From Nitrospinota bacterium (GTDB taxonomy: Bacteria > UBA8248): a stretch of 51,495 bases of DNA. The notes below the pieces were generated by a model. That model made no database searches, was not told where the DNA came from, and worked only from the letters and a program-made list of their open reading frames with translations. This document shows, one piece after another, positions 39,235 to 48,453 of this stretch (its first letter is position 1; the number at the start of each line of letters is the position of its first letter). The stretch lies in contig JAZAHK010000030.1 in the NCBI GenBank assembly GCA_036231405.1, positions 1-51,495 of the forward strand, given 5' to 3'. The position numbers and the translations under genes were made by a program.

Positions 39235-39429
39235 CTGCAATTACCTTTTTTGAAATAACAAAACCGTATTTTATAAAAGAAGAACAAGATGATAGCAAAC
39301 CGCATAGAAATAATTAATAAAAACTAAAAAACAAACAAAAACAAATCTTAAAGTTAACGTGCATTATTTTAATTATCACAAAAGTTTTATATATTTGATT
39401 TATAAAATAATTTTTAGGAGTCTCATACT

Positions 39430-40425
39430 TTGAACAAAAGAATTGTACGTTTAGGTTCAGTCGGATTAGGGAAATGGGCGCATACACTAGCTAGAGCATC
39501 TCAAAATACGGGAAATATAGACCTTCGATTATGCTTTGACCCCCAACAAGAAGTTGCGGAACAATTTTCAAATGAGTTTAATTGTGAAATTTCTTCTTCT
39601 TTAGAAGAAATCCTCAATACCGATAAAATAGACGGCGTAATTATTGCCACTCCCCATTCAACTCATGCAGAAATAGTTTGCGAAGCTGCCACATGCAAAA
39701 AAGATATTTTCATTGAAAAACCTTTCACATTAAATGTAGAAGATGCACATAAATGTATTTCTGTTGCGACCGAAAACAACATTATTCTCCAAGTAGGACA
39801 TAAAAGAAGATGGATAAATGCGAACAAAAAACTAAAACAATTTGTAGATTCAGGAAAACTTGGAGTGGTACATCATCTTGAAGCCAATTACTCCAAACCT
39901 ATTATGCAAAAACCTAAGGATAACTGGAGAAATAATCCACTGGAATCACCTGCTGGCGGAATGACTGCTCTAGGAATTCACATGGTAGACCTTCTTTTTT
40001 ATTTATCAGGAAAAGCAAAGCGTCTTTCCGCATTCAGCAAAAAATTACACGGAAAATCCAATCTCGACGATGTGACTTCTATTCTTTTTGAATTTGAAAA
40101 TGGACAAACGGGGTATGTCGCTACATCCGTCGTAGTCCCGTTTAACCTAAGCGCTGCAGTATATGGAACGGAAGCGAATGCATGGTCTTACGATGACGGA
40201 AAAAAGATGTACTTTCAAACAAAAGACGAATCATCTAGAAAAGAAATTCCAATTGAAACCAACGACTGTGTTATGGAAGAACTTAAACATTTCGCTGAAT
40301 GTATCATTAGCAGAGAAACTCCACTTGTAAGCTGCCAAGAAGGACTAGAAATAATTGCAACTCTTGAGGCTATTTTAGTAAGTTCAAATACGAGCAAGGT
40401 AGTTGACCTTGACCAGTTTCGTTAA
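39430..40425 (+). CDS. Gfo/Idh/MocA family oxidoreductase
   Basis: VGLGKWA, ATPHSTH, EKP, GHKRR, LGIHMVD; TTG after AGGAG. Confidence 0.92.
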   Translation: MNKRIVRLGSVGLGKWAHTLARASQNTGNIDLRLCFDPQQEVAEQFSNEFNCEISSSLEEILNTDKIDGVIIATPHSTHAEIVCEAATCKKDIFIEKPFTLNVEDAHKCISVATENNIILQVGHKRRWINANKKLKQFVDSGKLGVVHHLEANYSKPIMQKPKDNWRNNPLESPAGGMTALGIHMVDLLFYLSGKAKRLSAFSKKLHGKSNLDDVTSILFEFENGQTGYVATSVVVPFNLSAAVYGTEANAWSYDDGKKMYFQTKDESSRKEIPIETNDCVMEELKHFAECIISRETPLVSCQEGLEIIATLEAILVSSNTSKVVDLDQFR

Positions 40426-40565
40426 AAACACTTCATTTAAGTTAAGTAGACGGATATTTTATTTCAAAAAAATGAATATACTGAACTCGCAAAAGATGAC
40501 CCTTCAAGTAGTAGTGAGTTAATTAAAAAATGTCTATAATGCACAACTTTCTTAAGGGTTAATTG

Positions 40566-41690
40566 ATGAGAAAAAACTTTTTTTTATTTTTATTACTACT
40601 CTGCATCTTATTTAGTCACAACGTTGCTATTGGAATTGAAAAACTAAAGCCTTCTTTTCAATACAGCAAAGAAATACTTCCTCTTGATCGAAAAACAAGA
40701 GAAGTCAAACGCAGATACAAGGGAAAAATCTTTGACGTCCACACACACCTAACCGTCAAAGAAGGACGTTACTGTGATGAAGAGGAAACTACGAGTAGTA
40801 TTGTTAACACTATCAAAAACACTCTTGATGAAGAAAATGTATCGCAGATAACTTTAATGTCAGTTCCAAATTCTGGGAGAATGGAAAACTACAATGTTGA
40901 CATTCAAAAAGCACTTAAAAAGACATTAGGTAAAAGAATGCATCTTCTATGTTGCACACACTACGTTACAAATTGGACTAACATTCAATACGAAAGCAAA
41001 TCCGATATGAATGAAGCAAAAAAAGAACTAAAAGAAATTTCCATAAGGTTAAAAAAGGATTTAAGAAATCCATTATATTCTGGGATTGGAGAAATTGCAT
41101 TTTTGCATTTCAACAAAAAAGCCCACCAAGCACTTATCGAATTTCCAGTAAATTATCCACCTTTCCTAAAAATTATAGATAAAATAGCTAACTCAAAAAA
41201 GAAGAATTTTTACTTTTATCTGCACGCAGAGCCGATAGATTCTGACAATGAAAATTCGTATCATGATATGGCGTTTGGTGGAGCAGAATTTCTATTTAAA
41301 AGGTATCCACACTTTAAATGGGTATCAGTCCATACAGCAATGACTTCATCCTCTAATGTAAGAAAAATCTTAAAAACCTTCCCAAAACTCATGATGGATT
41401 TCAATCTCAAAAAATCAAATAAACGAGGTTATAATGGTTGGGCTTATCTTTCTAACCCAAGTAACAACAGATGGGAGCCATACGAAGATTGGGCAGAGCT
41501 CATGGAAGAGATGCCAAATAGGTTCATGGTTGGTACAGACACAAAATTTTGCCAGAGAGGACAAACAATCGGAATCAGAAATTACAGAAAACAACTTAAG
41601 AGATTTAGAAAATTCTTAGGTGCTCTAAGTAGTGAAACCGCAAAAAAAATAGCATATAAAAACGCAGAATTTTTCTTCAATACGAAATAA
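40566..41690 (+). CDS. Exported amidohydrolase-family (TIM barrel) metallohydrolase
   Basis: Signal peptide, DVHTH, GIGEI, LHAE, VH, FMVGTD, IAYKNA. Confidence 0.82.
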   Translation: MRKNFFLFLLLLCILFSHNVAIGIEKLKPSFQYSKEILPLDRKTREVKRRYKGKIFDVHTHLTVKEGRYCDEEETTSSIVNTIKNTLDEENVSQITLMSVPNSGRMENYNVDIQKALKKTLGKRMHLLCCTHYVTNWTNIQYESKSDMNEAKKELKEISIRLKKDLRNPLYSGIGEIAFLHFNKKAHQALIEFPVNYPPFLKIIDKIANSKKKNFYFYLHAEPIDSDNENSYHDMAFGGAEFLFKRYPHFKWVSVHTAMTSSSNVRKILKTFPKLMMDFNLKKSNKRGYNGWAYLSNPSNNRWEPYEDWAELMEEMPNRFMVGTDTKFCQRGQTIGIRNYRKQLKRFRKFLGALSSETAKKIAYKNAEFFFNTK

Positions 41691-41710
41691 AATCTTCTAC
41701 ACTTAACTCT

Positions 41711-42883
41711 CTAGGCAACAATTTTCCTTGCTCGATTTAGAATAATAGCAAGGAAACTCGCTATCAAGAAAAACGATGCATACAAGAGAAAAGAAAATTG
41801 TAAATTAAATATTTCTGCCATCACACCTCCTACGATGGGAGATACCATAGAACCCATTTCATTGACTGCATAAATTAGTCCTATAGCACTTGCTCGTTTT
41901 TCTTCATCCACTAGTTCTGTTCCTACGGCCAAAACAAGACTCGGAACAGGAGTGAGAAAAGAACCGATGAGAAAAATCGGAAATAAAATGCCTACACTTG
42001 AACTAACAAATGATAATGATCCCATAGCCAAACTACACAAAAAGGTTAGGTAGAGAATATATCTTGTCTTAACTCCTCTATCAGAGGATTTACCTACTAT
42101 AAAGGTGGTAATAATCCCTATCACAAAATATATAGAGAGTATCCATCCAATTGCTTGAACTTCATAATTTAATTGTTGAGCAAGAAGCAAAGGCAAAAAA
42201 GTCATTAATCCTCTAAAACCTGTTATCCTAAAAGTTGAAACTAACAACAAAAGCATCAAAGATCTGTTCTTTGTCAAAGATATGAAAGTTGAGAGAGCGG
42301 CTTGTTTAATCGGCCTTTCATCTCTTTTTGAATCTTTAAATAGAATAAAAATGATAGACGCCATAATAATTGCAGGAAAGATAGCTAAATGCGAAGCGAA
42401 TCTCCAACTGAAATATACAGCACATGTACTTACAAGCCACGGGGTCAAGATACTTCCCACCTCTCCTCCGCCAGCGAAATAAGCCATACTTAAACCTCTT
42501 TGTTCAGGCATTTCACGTGTCAACAAAGAGACAGCCGGGGGGTGATATGCAGAGCAACCAAGCCCACTCAAAAAAACCAAGACGAGCAGGGTTGAATAAT
42601 CAGGAGCGAATCCATAAAAAAACACGGGAACGGATTGAACCATTAGACTAGCAACGAGTATAGTTCTCCACTTACCAAGATAATCACCTAAAAAAGAAAT
42701 CGGAAATTGGAAAACGCCATTTGCAAATGCAAAAATCGATGCAATTAAACCTACCTCAAAGTAATTCAATCTAAATTCTGCTGAAATTAGAGGAATTATG
42801 GGCGTAATAAATAATAGGTAGAATGTGTTCACACCATGACTAGCAGAAAGGGCAACTACTTTTTTTTTATTCACACCGTCCAT
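41711..42883 (-). CDS. MFS transporter (Fsr-like)
   Basis: About 12 hydrophobic segments, SHGVN, GLGCSAYHPPA. Confidence 0.9.
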   Translation of the reverse strand: MDGVNKKKVVALSASHGVNTFYLLFITPIIPLISAEFRLNYFEVGLIASIFAFANGVFQFPISFLGDYLGKWRTILVASLMVQSVPVFFYGFAPDYSTLLVLVFLSGLGCSAYHPPAVSLLTREMPEQRGLSMAYFAGGGEVGSILTPWLVSTCAVYFSWRFASHLAIFPAIIMASIIFILFKDSKRDERPIKQAALSTFISLTKNRSLMLLLLVSTFRITGFRGLMTFLPLLLAQQLNYEVQAIGWILSIYFVIGIITTFIVGKSSDRGVKTRYILYLTFLCSLAMGSLSFVSSSVGILFPIFLIGSFLTPVPSLVLAVGTELVDEEKRASAIGLIYAVNEMGSMVSPIVGGVMAEIFNLQFSFLLYASFFLIASFLAIILNRARKIVA

Positions 42884-42936
42884 ATTACAACAACCTTTAT
42901 TAAAACTAATTTCCAGTTAGCAAAAGAGACGATTAT

Positions 42937-44175
42937 TTGGAAACAAAAAAAATAACACAAGGCTACTTAAGATTCATCCAGGAAAACCCGAGATTTTTAC
43001 TTTATGGGTTTTTACTTACTTTTTTCTCAGGTTTCGGCCAAACGTACTATATTTCTATATTTAGTTCTGAAATACGTTCCATTTTTTCATTATCACATGG
43101 AGACTACGGATTGATCTATGCAATTGCAACTGTGGGAAGCGCTAGCACACTCGTTTGGGTCGGGAAATTTATTGACAGAATGGACCTTCGCAATTATACA
43201 ATCCTCGTGCTTCTCGGACTATCTTTAGCTTGTTTATTATTTTCATTCATCTCTTCTGTAATTTTACTGACAATATCGCTTTTTCTTCTTCGTCTTTTTG
43301 GACAAGGTTTAATGATGCATACCTCCGTCACCTCTATGGGAAGATATTTCATTGAAACTCGTGGCAAAGCCGTTAGTCTTATTTCTTTCGGAAATCCTTT
43401 AGGGCAAGGCATGCTTGTCTCACTGGCTATTTTTCTACTCGCATACCTAGATTGGAAAACTATTTGGATTTTTTCATCCGTTGTAATAATTTTAATCGTT
43501 TCCCCTGTTACCCTATTGCTACTGGGGAACCATCCTGTTCGAAAGAGAAAAACTATATCGAATAACGATTCTCCTTCTGCAAATAAGGCAATCACTAGTT
43601 GGACTAGAAAAGAAGTACTTTACGATATCCGATTTTACCTTATCCTTCCCCTTATGCTTGCTCCTTCTTATATCACAACAGGTTTCTTCTTCCATATGTC
43701 TCACCTGGTTGAGACCAAAGGATGGGATTTAAACATTTTCACACAAACATTTTACATGTATGTTGTGTCCTCTCTCTTTACAGCATTAATTACTGGAAAC
43801 GTTACTGATAAGTTTGGGGCAAAAAGAATTCTCCCTTTATCACTAATCCCTCTATGTATTTCGATGTTAATTCTTGCCGTTACTAGCCATCCTGTAGCCC
43901 AAATCCTATACATGTTCACAATGGGAATGACAGTAGGGATTAGAGTAACTATTGGAGGAGCAATATGGCCTGAAATATATGGAGTCAATAATCTTGGCGG
44001 AATCCGTGCACTAGCAACATTCTTTATGGTACTTTCAACTGCAATTGCTCCTGTCTCAATGGGATACTTAATAGATGCAGGTGTCACTATGGAAATTATT
44101 GCATTAGGCTGCTTCGTTTATATGTCTATTTCTTCGATCGCGGCATGGTATGGCATGAGGATTAAAAAAACATAG
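42937..44175 (+). CDS. MFS transporter
   Basis: About 12 TM segments, SGFGQTY, GKFIDR, LRLFGQG, DKFGAKR, WPEIYG..LGGIR. Confidence 0.9.
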   Translation: METKKITQGYLRFIQENPRFLLYGFLLTFFSGFGQTYYISIFSSEIRSIFSLSHGDYGLIYAIATVGSASTLVWVGKFIDRMDLRNYTILVLLGLSLACLLFSFISSVILLTISLFLLRLFGQGLMMHTSVTSMGRYFIETRGKAVSLISFGNPLGQGMLVSLAIFLLAYLDWKTIWIFSSVVIILIVSPVTLLLLGNHPVRKRKTISNNDSPSANKAITSWTRKEVLYDIRFYLILPLMLAPSYITTGFFFHMSHLVETKGWDLNIFTQTFYMYVVSSLFTALITGNVTDKFGAKRILPLSLIPLCISMLILAVTSHPVAQILYMFTMGMTVGIRVTIGGAIWPEIYGVNNLGGIRALATFFMVLSTAIAPVSMGYLIDAGVTMEIIALGCFVYMSISSIAAWYGMRIKKT

Positions 44176-44276
44176 AAACTTAGAGAAAATTCTATCAAAA
44201 CGTAAAAAATTTTTGTACATTACATACTAGTTCCTCTAACTATAATTTAAATTCTTTAAAATGGGATTTTCGCATA

Positions 44277-45578
44277 ATGCTCACTGATCCAAGGTTCACT
44301 CCGAGAAAAGGAAGGACACTCGTTCCTGGAGCTTCATTATCTTTAAATGAAAGAGACAGGAGGTGGGAACTCGCTCGTTCCGAAATGAATTCCCGGAACA
44401 TTGACTGTTTGATAATTATAGCCAGAGGCTACAATTCAAACGGCAATGTCCGATGGCTAGACAACGGAGACTATAGCGAAAGGCATTTAATCTTCCCTCT
44501 AGAGGGTGAGCCAATGAATTTTTGGTTACTTCAGAACTGGGGCAAATGGTTTACTGAAACTTGCTGGGAAGGAGTTCGCTATAGGGGACATGAAGGAAGA
44601 TATAGTGTAGTAGCAGCTGACGCAATAACAGAACTTGGCTATGAAAATGGAAAGATAGGCATTGTTGGTCTTATCGGTTCTGGTTATGCAGCAGAAGGTA
44701 GTATTCCTTACATGACTTTTCAAAATCTCAAATCCCTTTTACCAAATGCGAAATTTGTAGATGCCACTAACATACTCACAAAAGCCAGAATGATTAAAAG
44801 CAAAGAAGAAATTGCAATGGTAGAGAAAGCATCAGAACTTGCTAATATAGAAATTGATGCCGCTTTAAAAATCTTCAAACCTGGAATACGTGAGAGAGAC
44901 ATTCTCGTTGAAATGGACTACGCCTCAATGAAAGCAGGTGCTGAATTAGGAAGAGACCATTGGACACTTCTCAATTCAGGTGAAGGTTACCCAGTTAATC
45001 ATCGTGACACAAACAGAATCATTAAAAATGGAGAGATGTTACAATTGGGTCATTACACACGATTCGCAGGATATTGGAGTCATCCACATGTTGCGATTTC
45101 TCTTGGACCCATGAATGAAGAATGTAAAGAATTAAGAAATGCTGTTCATGAGGGTACTACAATTGCATTAGAACTATTAAAACCAGGGTCTGAGTGGAGT
45201 AAAATAAATAAATTAGTAGATGAGCCAATACTATCGAGAGGATTTTATCATGAAGTTCCTCAGATACATGGAACAGGACTCGATGGAATAGAACCTCCCG
45301 TAACTGATGTTTGTGCCGGCAAAATACCGAACAAATATGAATGGAGAGAAAAATCCCTCGAGGGATCTATTGAAAATAATTCAGAATGGCAGTCGATAGC
45401 AGAGGAAAGCAAGAATCCAATAGGCGAACTTTTCGTTGCAGAAGGAATGTCACTAGCTTTAGAAGTCAAAGCTGCACACGAAGATAGAATCGCCATATGT
45501 TTTGGTCCACAGGTTATAGTGGAAAAAGAAGGCCCTAGAATCTTAAATCCTGACGCCATGGATGTTATCGAACTATGA
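44277..45578 (+). CDS. M24 (pita-bread) family enzyme, creatinase/Xaa-Pro peptidase-like, non-canonical metal site
   Basis: N-domain ERDRRW...IDCL, RMIKSKEEI, PGIRE, GYWS, HGTGL, GMSLALE. Confidence 0.85.
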   Translation: MLTDPRFTPRKGRTLVPGASLSLNERDRRWELARSEMNSRNIDCLIIIARGYNSNGNVRWLDNGDYSERHLIFPLEGEPMNFWLLQNWGKWFTETCWEGVRYRGHEGRYSVVAADAITELGYENGKIGIVGLIGSGYAAEGSIPYMTFQNLKSLLPNAKFVDATNILTKARMIKSKEEIAMVEKASELANIEIDAALKIFKPGIRERDILVEMDYASMKAGAELGRDHWTLLNSGEGYPVNHRDTNRIIKNGEMLQLGHYTRFAGYWSHPHVAISLGPMNEECKELRNAVHEGTTIALELLKPGSEWSKINKLVDEPILSRGFYHEVPQIHGTGLDGIEPPVTDVCAGKIPNKYEWREKSLEGSIENNSEWQSIAEESKNPIGELFVAEGMSLALEVKAAHEDRIAICFGPQVIVEKEGPRILNPDAMDVIEL

Positions 45579-45952
45579 GATATGAAGTCCTTAAAGATAT
45601 TACAGAAAATAGGCCGAAATTCATCCCAGGTACTCCTGACGAATTAGATGCAGTGGCAGCTGCTCCAGAGAATCATATTATTTTATTTGAAAATGAACTC
45701 GTAAGGATAATCAAAGTAATTGTTAGACCTGGGGAATTGGAAAATTTACACACACATAAATATCCATGCATTTTTCAGATAAATAATCTAGTAACGACAG
45801 AATATCATGATGAAAATGGGAATATTGTACCTAGAACCGGATCCGGGTACTCAGGCATGATGATATATGTAGAACCCGAAGGAGTGCATCAAGTTAAAAA
45901 CATTGACGAGGAATGCATGGAAGGTGTTAGATTTGAAATAAAAAAACCATGA
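45575..45952 (+). CDS. Cupin-domain protein
   Basis: DAVAAAPENH..LFENELVRI, HTH, H.VKN; ATGA overlap with the M24 gene. Confidence 0.85.
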   Translation: MRYEVLKDITENRPKFIPGTPDELDAVAAAPENHIILFENELVRIIKVIVRPGELENLHTHKYPCIFQINNLVTTEYHDENGNIVPRTGSGYSGMMIYVEPEGVHQVKNIDEECMEGVRFEIKKP

Positions 45953-46009
45953 CTTATATAACATCAGTTATTTAAAATTAACATATACTAATTTACTTTA
46001 CATAGATGT

Positions 46010-47434
46010 CTAACAAGGAGGAATTTTATCTCCTAAGTTCAAAAGATTCTCTTTTTCCAGGAAATAAGCAAAACGCAATACAGTACCCTCTTCCCACATA
46101 TTACCAATAATCTGCAAAGACATCGGCAAGCCTTCCGATGAGAGTCCTACAGGAACTACTATAGCTGGGGAACCTGTAAAATTATGAGGCGTTAAAAATT
46201 GCTTAGTAATTGGGGAATCATAATCAATCTCTCTTCCATTTATTGTTGACTTCCAATCATCAATTCGAGGAGATATACATGGAAGGGCTGGAGCCATAAC
46301 AACGTCTACTTCATCAAACAATTTAAGTATCTCTCTTCTATACAATTCCCTTTCACGATATGCAGACACTAACTGTTCCGCAGTTACTTGACCAATCCTA
46401 CTTTCCACAGCAGTTTTAGCTATTTCTCCATATCCGTCCCCATGAGATTCGTAAATAGGAAGGTGAAATTCTAAAAACTCAGCTGCTAAAATAATTTCAA
46501 TTATTTCTTGTATTTTTTTTGTAGAACCTATTTTTATAGTCTCAACTTTTACCCCCATCTCTTCAAAAAAACTGATCATGTCTTCAAATACTGCAAGTAT
46601 TTCTCTGTCAACTTCATGATTACTATACAAATCTGGACAAAGACCAATTCTCATCCCCTCTATCCCATCTTTCATTTCAGAAAAAATTCCAGAGGAACTT
46701 GTAGTTTTTGAATATGGATCCAACGAATCATATCCAGAGATTACCTCCAAAATCGTTGCTGCATCCTCTACAGAACGAGTCATAGGACCAACGTGGTCAA
46801 AACTCAACGTATTGGGACAAACTCCACTCAAACTAACCCTTCCATGTGTCGGCTTCAGTCCAACTATTCCGCAAAGCGCAGAAGGGCCTCTAATCGAACT
46901 GCCAGTATCTGTTCCAAGAGCAAAGGGACACATTCTTGAAGATACCGATGCAGCGGAACCAGAACTAGAACCTCCGGTAGTGCGAGAGATATCCCATGGA
47001 TTTTTAACGGTTCCAAAATATGGATTGTAACTAAGTGGTCCTGAAGCAAACTCCTGTGTATGACATTTTCCAAGCATTATCGCTCCAGCATTTTTTAATT
47101 TCGAAACGCAGAAAGCATCCTTACGAGGGACATTGTCCTTAAATACTGAAGATCCTCTCGTAGTAAGAACACCTTCAGTATCAATTATGTCTTTCACTCC
47201 AAATGGAATGCCATGAAGAGGACCTATATATCGCTTTTGTTTAATCTTTTCCTCGGCTTTTTTTGCCTGTTTATATGCTTCATCCTTCGTCAAAGTAAGA
47301 AACCCTAAGACACTTTTATTTACTTCTTCAATTCGCTGATAACAAGAATCCAATACTTCTACCGGGGACACATCAAGATCTTGAATAAGTTTGCTTAGTT
47401 CTGAAACTCTACAACTAAATAATGGATCGCTCAA
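46010..47434 (-). CDS. Amidase signature family enzyme (not GatA)
   Basis: GPLHGIPFGVKD, GGSSSGSAA, GTDTGSSIRGPS Ser-cisSer-Lys triad, GLKPTHGRVS. Confidence 0.92.
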   Translation of the reverse strand: MSDPLFSCRVSELSKLIQDLDVSPVEVLDSCYQRIEEVNKSVLGFLTLTKDEAYKQAKKAEEKIKQKRYIGPLHGIPFGVKDIIDTEGVLTTRGSSVFKDNVPRKDAFCVSKLKNAGAIMLGKCHTQEFASGPLSYNPYFGTVKNPWDISRTTGGSSSGSAASVSSRMCPFALGTDTGSSIRGPSALCGIVGLKPTHGRVSLSGVCPNTLSFDHVGPMTRSVEDAATILEVISGYDSLDPYSKTTSSSGIFSEMKDGIEGMRIGLCPDLYSNHEVDREILAVFEDMISFFEEMGVKVETIKIGSTKKIQEIIEIILAAEFLEFHLPIYESHGDGYGEIAKTAVESRIGQVTAEQLVSAYRERELYRREILKLFDEVDVVMAPALPCISPRIDDWKSTINGREIDYDSPITKQFLTPHNFTGSPAIVVPVGLSSEGLPMSLQIIGNMWEEGTVLRFAYFLEKENLLNLGDKIPPC

Positions 47435-47562
47435 AAGAGGCTCCTTTAAGTATTGTCTTATTTAAAAAAATTTTATTCTCTAATAGTATACAGAAATTAA
47501 TATTGTATTTGGATCAATAATTGCTACTTCTAAAACATTAGTTTCAAAAAGGCTTAAATAAA

Positions 47563-48453
47563 ATGCATGTTTTGAGTTTTTATCAATTTAAAAAAATTTC
47601 TAATGATTTACATGCTCTGAAAGAGAACATTTCGAGTTTCTGCAAATCTAACCAGATACTTGGAACTACATTAATCGCCAAGGAAGGAATCAATGGCACA
47701 GTCTGTGGAAAGAAAAACTCTATAGAACAATTTGAAAATTTTTTATTTGATATTGGATTTGACTCTCTAGAATCGAAACACTCTCAAACAGACAAAGATC
47801 CTTTCAAGCGATTGAAAGTTAAAATAAAAAAAGAAATCGTAACATTTTCTGATCTGGGCGAGTTTGCAGACAATACAGGAATTTTTATTCCTCCTGAAAA
47901 ATGGGAGAAATTCATCGGACAAGAAGACGTGATTGTAGTCGATGTCAGAAATAAATACGAAACATCAATAGGAAAATTCAACTCCGCATTAGACCCAGAA
48001 ACTGACAATTTTATTGAATTCAAATCATTTGTAAATAAAGAACTTGGCAACAAAAAGAAAAAGAAAATTGCAACGTACTGCACGGGAGGAATTCGTTGCG
48101 AAAAAGCCACGTCTTATATGCGTGACATTGGATTTAAGAGCGTTTTTCAGTTAAAAGGTGGGATCCTCAACTATCTCAACCAAAGAAAAGAAAACGAAAC
48201 CACATCATGGCAAGGAGAATGCTTTGTCTTTGATGAGCGTACTGCCTTAATAGAACAGTCGCAAGATGGAAGTTACGAACTATGTCATGGTTGTCGTCAG
48301 CCAATTACAGAAGAAGACAAATTGTCAGAAAAATTTGAATATGGAGTTTCCTGTCCTTTATGTTTCGATAACAGGAGCGAAAAACAAAAAAACTCATCAA
48401 GAGAAAGGCAACTACAAATCAATCTATCTAAAACAAGAGAAAAAAAGAATTAG
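47563..48453 (+). CDS. trhO: Oxygen-dependent tRNA U34 hydroxylase (YceA/TrhO, rhodanese domain)
   Basis: EGINGT, RLKVKIKKEIV, DVRNKYE, YCTGGIRCEKA, GGILNY, WQGECFVFDER, CHGC, SCPLC. Confidence 0.92.
   Translation: MHVLSFYQFKKISNDLHALKENISSFCKSNQILGTTLIAKEGINGTVCGKKNSIEQFENFLFDIGFDSLESKHSQTDKDPFKRLKVKIKKEIVTFSDLGEFADNTGIFIPPEKWEKFIGQEDVIVVDVRNKYETSIGKFNSALDPETDNFIEFKSFVNKELGNKKKKKIATYCTGGIRCEKATSYMRDIGFKSVFQLKGGILNYLNQRKENETTSWQGECFVFDERTALIEQSQDGSYELCHGCRQPITEEDKLSEKFEYGVSCPLCFDNRSEKQKNSSRERQLQINLSKTREKKN

Noticed and set aside
39241..39429. A-rich AAAAC-like runs in the MBL/Gfo intergenic region as a repeat array
   Set aside because: Low-complexity AT-rich promoter DNA without regular period or spacers.
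46010..47434. Amidase as GatA
   Set aside because: Lacks the GatA-specific SNLARYDG and RIxLGT segments, and no gatC/gatB is adjacent.
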